DNA of 24,706 bases from a virus (Duplodnaviria; Heunggongvirae; Uroviricota; Caudoviricetes): positions 307,595 to 332,300 of the IMG/VR virus record IMGVR_UViG_3300033405_000002, one strand, 5' to 3'. Below are positions 22,116 to 24,706 of the stretch, piece after piece. Under the pieces are notes generated by a model. The model saw only the letters and a list, made by a program, of their open reading frames with translations, ran no database searches and was not told the origin of the DNA. The stretch's first letter is position 1. Each line of letters opens with the position of its first letter. Both the position numbers and the translations under genes were made by a program.

Positions 22116-23122
22116 GCCAGTTCGTTGAACTCAACTTCCTTCCGCATCCAGTGCTGATCTGTGGTTACGTGCTTGGCGCGAACGCATTTTCCCACGATGT
22201 ACGGAAATTCGCGCATGTGAAACGCCCGCACCGGACGCGCAACCAAGCCTTCTTGTTTCAACGGATCGAGCGCGTCACAAAGCTGGCGGCATACTTCGTC
22301 GCTGTATGGGCCGCGATGCAAAACCGGGACGTGCTCCAAACCAAGCAGCTTTGTCCATTCTACGGTTTCATCCCAAGACAAGCAGTCCATGCTTTTCCAG
22401 ATGTTGAAGACCATGAAATACGACTTCAATCCAGTATACTTGATGCTGTGCTTTGCTGTCAGGTTCTCGCCGCAGATGCGGAAACCTTCAGGGATGTCAT
22501 ACTCGCAAGCGCCGTGGATCGCTTTGATAAACGTCCGGCTGGCGTGCGGGGAGAATTCCAGCGAACGAGCGTGTAGATCGCCTTTATAGAACGTGGTGCC
22601 TTCGCCGTCCATCTTCTCTGTGAAAACGTACTCCACCCCTTCCCAGCCTTCGGTTGTCTGGAGCATCCGGTCATCGTTCTGAAGATTCGGTGACCAAGGA
22701 AAGTGAAAAGTGCGCGGGTACTTGATTCGGTCGGTGAACAGGTAAAGCACAGGCGCAAGAATTTTCTGGACTGGCTCTTCCTCGAAAAGCTCGCCCTTCA
22801 TGCGCAGACCTTTTTCTGCGATCTGGTTTCCCCATTTGTCATACTCGCCATCGGGGAAGAAGTGCGGCGGAAGCACAATTTCAGTGATGCCAGCGGCACG
22901 CCGGAGCCTATCGCAGGAGATGATCGTAGCTTCAGCCGCCAGATGGCAGTCGCCGCAGAGCGTCACGCCGTTGTTCAGGTAATAGCCGCCGTCAGGAAAG
23001 AGTCGGCGTTCAAGAATGTGGTGCGCGTCTACGCCGGGTTTACCGCAGTTGACACACGAATGTCGATCTCTGGCGAAGACGCCTTCGCGGAACTCGTCAC
23101 GTGTTAGAAGGGACTGGTTCAT
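22112..23122 (-). CDS. HNH nuclease-like domain fused to an ATP-dependent RNA ligase (336 aa)
   Basis: Start re-assigned to ATG 23122 (AAGGA upstream). N-terminal VFARD..CVNC...DAHHI...NGVTLCGDCH. C-terminal KYPRTFH, motif I TEKMDG, CGEN, FMVFNIW, EGLVAR, KCVRAKHV. Confidence 0.88.
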   Translation of the reverse strand: MNQSLLTRDEFREGVFARDRHSCVNCGKPGVDAHHILERRLFPDGGYYLNNGVTLCGDCHLAAEATIISCDRLRRAAGITEIVLPPHFFPDGEYDKWGNQIAEKGLRMKGELFEEEPVQKILAPVLYLFTDRIKYPRTFHFPWSPNLQNDDRMLQTTEGWEGVEYVFTEKMDGEGTTFYKGDLHARSLEFSPHASRTFIKAIHGACEYDIPEGFRICGENLTAKHSIKYTGLKSYFMVFNIWKSMDCLSWDETVEWTKLLGLEHVPVLHRGPYSDEVCRQLCDALDPLKQEGLVARPVRAFHMREFPYIVGKCVRAKHVTTDQHWMRKEVEFNELA

Positions 23123-23471
23123 ATTCGTCCTTCCTTGCCAGCCGCAAGGCGTGCAGAACGTCATCCGGCGATACGAGCCATTTTACCTTACCGTTCGGTC
23201 TGTCGCTCAAACCGAAGTAATCACCGCCACTGGTTACATCCTGCCATTCGCCTTTTAGATCGCGCTGACGCTCGCAAACTTCGCCCTTTTTCCGTTCGTC
23301 AACGCAGAACATCAACTGTCCCGGCCCGCCACTAAAGCCGGATCGGATTGAAATCACCGCCGTATTTGGCTGCGTGCGCAGTACGACCAAAAGCCGCTGG
23401 CGTTTTTCTTCCTCGATGGCGATCTCTAACTCGTCCAGTTCGGGACCACTAAGCTGTGTCAGGTCGATCAC
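23097..23471 (-). CDS. Hypothetical protein (124 aa)
   Basis: GTG start with GGAGGG upstream. Part of the tightly packed minus-strand run. Confidence 0.7.
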   Translation of the reverse strand: MIDLTQLSGPELDELEIAIEEEKRQRLLVVLRTQPNTAVISIRSGFSGGPGQLMFCVDERKKGEVCERQRDLKGEWQDVTSGGDYFGLSDRPNGKVKWLVSPDDVLHALRLARKDEYEPVPSNT

Positions 23472-23473
23472 TA

Positions 23474-23755
23474 TTACCCTCCGATGGGGCTGAGTCCATC
23501 CGCAACTCGCTCACGATCTTCAGCGGACAGGGAATTTTCTCGTTTGTACTGTTGCGTGTTGCGAACCAGACAGGTTTCCGCTTCCGCCACGCCAACCGCG
23601 CTGTGCATGATCCCGGCGACGTCGCGGATTTTGTAGCCGCGCTCCACCATCCGGTTCATGATCTCGGACACGAATTGATGCACCTGAATGTAAAGTTCGC
23701 TGCCTTCGTCGTTCGGCACTTCCCAATTATTGTACAGACTTTTTGGCTCGTCCAC
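23474..23755 (-). CDS. Hypothetical protein (93 aa)
   Basis: Likely GTG start at 23755 after AAAGGA (the track start is 23782). Confidence 0.65.
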   Translation of the reverse strand: MDEPKSLYNNWEVPNDEGSELYIQVHQFVSEIMNRMVERGYKIRDVAGIMHSAVGVAEAETCLVRNTQQYKRENSLSAEDRERVADGLSPIGG

Positions 23756-23993
23756 GGCGTTTCCTTTTGTCGTTCTCCGCAAACCACTCGCGGATGTTCT
23801 TGTAATCTTCGTCTTTGAGTTCCGTACACCAAACCGAACAATCCCGTGCCGCCGCCAGAATCAGATCGCGGTACGCTTTCGGCAGCTTTCGGAAACTTTC
23901 TTCTTTGCCGCACCAAAACTCATGCAGAATCCCACCAAGAATCTCGGCTTTGGCGGCGGCAGAAAGTTTGTCCATCCATTCTTTCTTCGACAT
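23727..23993 (-). CDS. Hypothetical protein (88 aa)
   Basis: ATG 23993 in a TAATG overlap with the upstream stop, with GAGGA upstream. Confidence 0.7.
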   Translation of the reverse strand: MSKKEWMDKLSAAAKAEILGGILHEFWCGKEESFRKLPKAYRDLILAAARDCSVWCTELKDEDYKNIREWFAENDKRKRRGRAKKSVQ

Positions 23994-24274
23994 TAGTCCT
24001 CGAACCATCCCCGGTGAATTTTCCGTGGCGGACCTTGGGGAACGTTCTTCAGGTTGATCTCATACCTGCCGCCCCACGGCGTGCTCCATACGGAGCCGTT
24101 ATACGCCTTCTCCAGCGGAGTAAGCAGCCAGCCGCAAGAGAAGATAGCGAATCCGGCAACCAGTTCCACTCCCGCCCAGAAGTCAACGTGCGGTCTCAGC
24201 ATCCCAAAGCACATGATGCCGTAGCCGCCTAGAATCAGCGCGAGCACAAGAAAGAACCGTTTCCAGTTTGGCAT
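23993..24274 (-). CDS. Small two-TM membrane protein (93 aa)
   Basis: Hydrophobic segments FFLVLALILGGYGIMCFGML and FWAGVELVAGFAIFSCGWLL. Confidence 0.7.
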   Translation of the reverse strand: MPNWKRFFLVLALILGGYGIMCFGMLRPHVDFWAGVELVAGFAIFSCGWLLTPLEKAYNGSVWSTPWGGRYEINLKNVPQGPPRKIHRGWFED

Positions 24275-24276
24275 GG

Positions 24277-24582
24277 TTACCAGCTATTCGTGAACCGGAT
24301 GATTTTGATGTCAGACGGCACTTTGCGCAAGTCCACTTCATAACCCTGACCGTCGTCTTCGTTGTACTCGGTGATCGCTCCCTTGAACGCCTTCGCCAGC
24401 ACGGAGTTGTCGTAAGTGCTGACCTTGACACCAGTGTCGTCCGGCAACTCGCCGTTGAAGAACTTGTCCACTTCTGCCGGGATTGGAACTCCGGCGCTCT
24501 CGCACGCTTGATAGGCTTGCAACATCTTTTTGAATTTTGCGTCCGGTGGAACGAATCCTTGGACATGGGTTGACATGCTCAT
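24277..24582 (-). CDS. Hypothetical phage protein (101 aa)
   Basis: CAGGAG RBS, ATGA overlap with the upstream gene, and typical codon usage. Confidence 0.78.
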   Translation of the reverse strand: MSMSTHVQGFVPPDAKFKKMLQAYQACESAGVPIPAEVDKFFNGELPDDTGVKVSTYDNSVLAKAFKGAITEYNEDDGQGYEVDLRKVPSDIKIIRFTNSW

Positions 24583-24706
24583 TTTTGTTCTCCTGAAATC
24601 TTGTTCCGTTCCCCCGCTGCCCAGACAATCACATCGTTGTAATTATCGTCAGACATCGAGTTCGGTACATCAACCGTCACTAGCTCTTTGTATGGGCGCG
24701 GCTCGC
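24579..24706 (-). CDS. 3' end of a hypothetical protein entering from outside the window
   Basis: Open frame ...EPRPYKELVTVDVPNSMSDDNYNDVIVWAAGERNKISGEQK* whose TGA overlaps the next ATG. Confidence 0.6.
   Translation of the reverse strand, partial: EPRPYKELVTVDVPNSMSDDNYNDVIVWAAGERNKISGEQK

Noticed and set aside
1-24706. Alternative genetic code (stop recoding as in some large phages)
   Set aside because: Genes, including an 8.9-kb ORF, are intact in code 11, and TAG, TGA and TAA all end genes at sensible positions.

Overview
This window looks like part of a large (probably jumbo) tailed-phage genome read in the standard genetic code. I found no tRNA, rRNA, CRISPR array or IS element. The left ~12 kb (minus strand) is an effector locus. 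It holds an inorganic pyrophosphatase-RelA/SpoT synthetase fusion, a SprT-like HExxH protease, a ~2,975-aa 'polyvalent' protein and a translationally coupled second polyvalent protein that is missing from the ORF track and runs off the window. The large protein carries 4 ADP-ribosyltransferase-like domains, a 2H phosphoesterase, a GNAT, two PcfJ-like domains and a long CxxCxGxG zinc array. The second carries ART, Nudix and GNAT domains. Domain junctions repeatedly carry a short K/T-x-A(A) motif, suggesting proteolytically processed polyproteins (inference). The middle has a metallophosphoesterase, a RimI-like GNAT, an orphan DNA methyltransferase, a holin-like protein, a hairpin-rich segment, an HNH nuclease and a stand-alone Clp D2-type AAA+ ATPase. 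The right end has a repeat-containing tail-fibre-like protein, an HNH-RNA ligase fusion and a coupled run of small hypothetical genes. A shared ACTTT-containing 20-nt motif precedes three likely late genes. All domain calls come from motif recognition by eye, with no database search, and domain boundaries are approximate.
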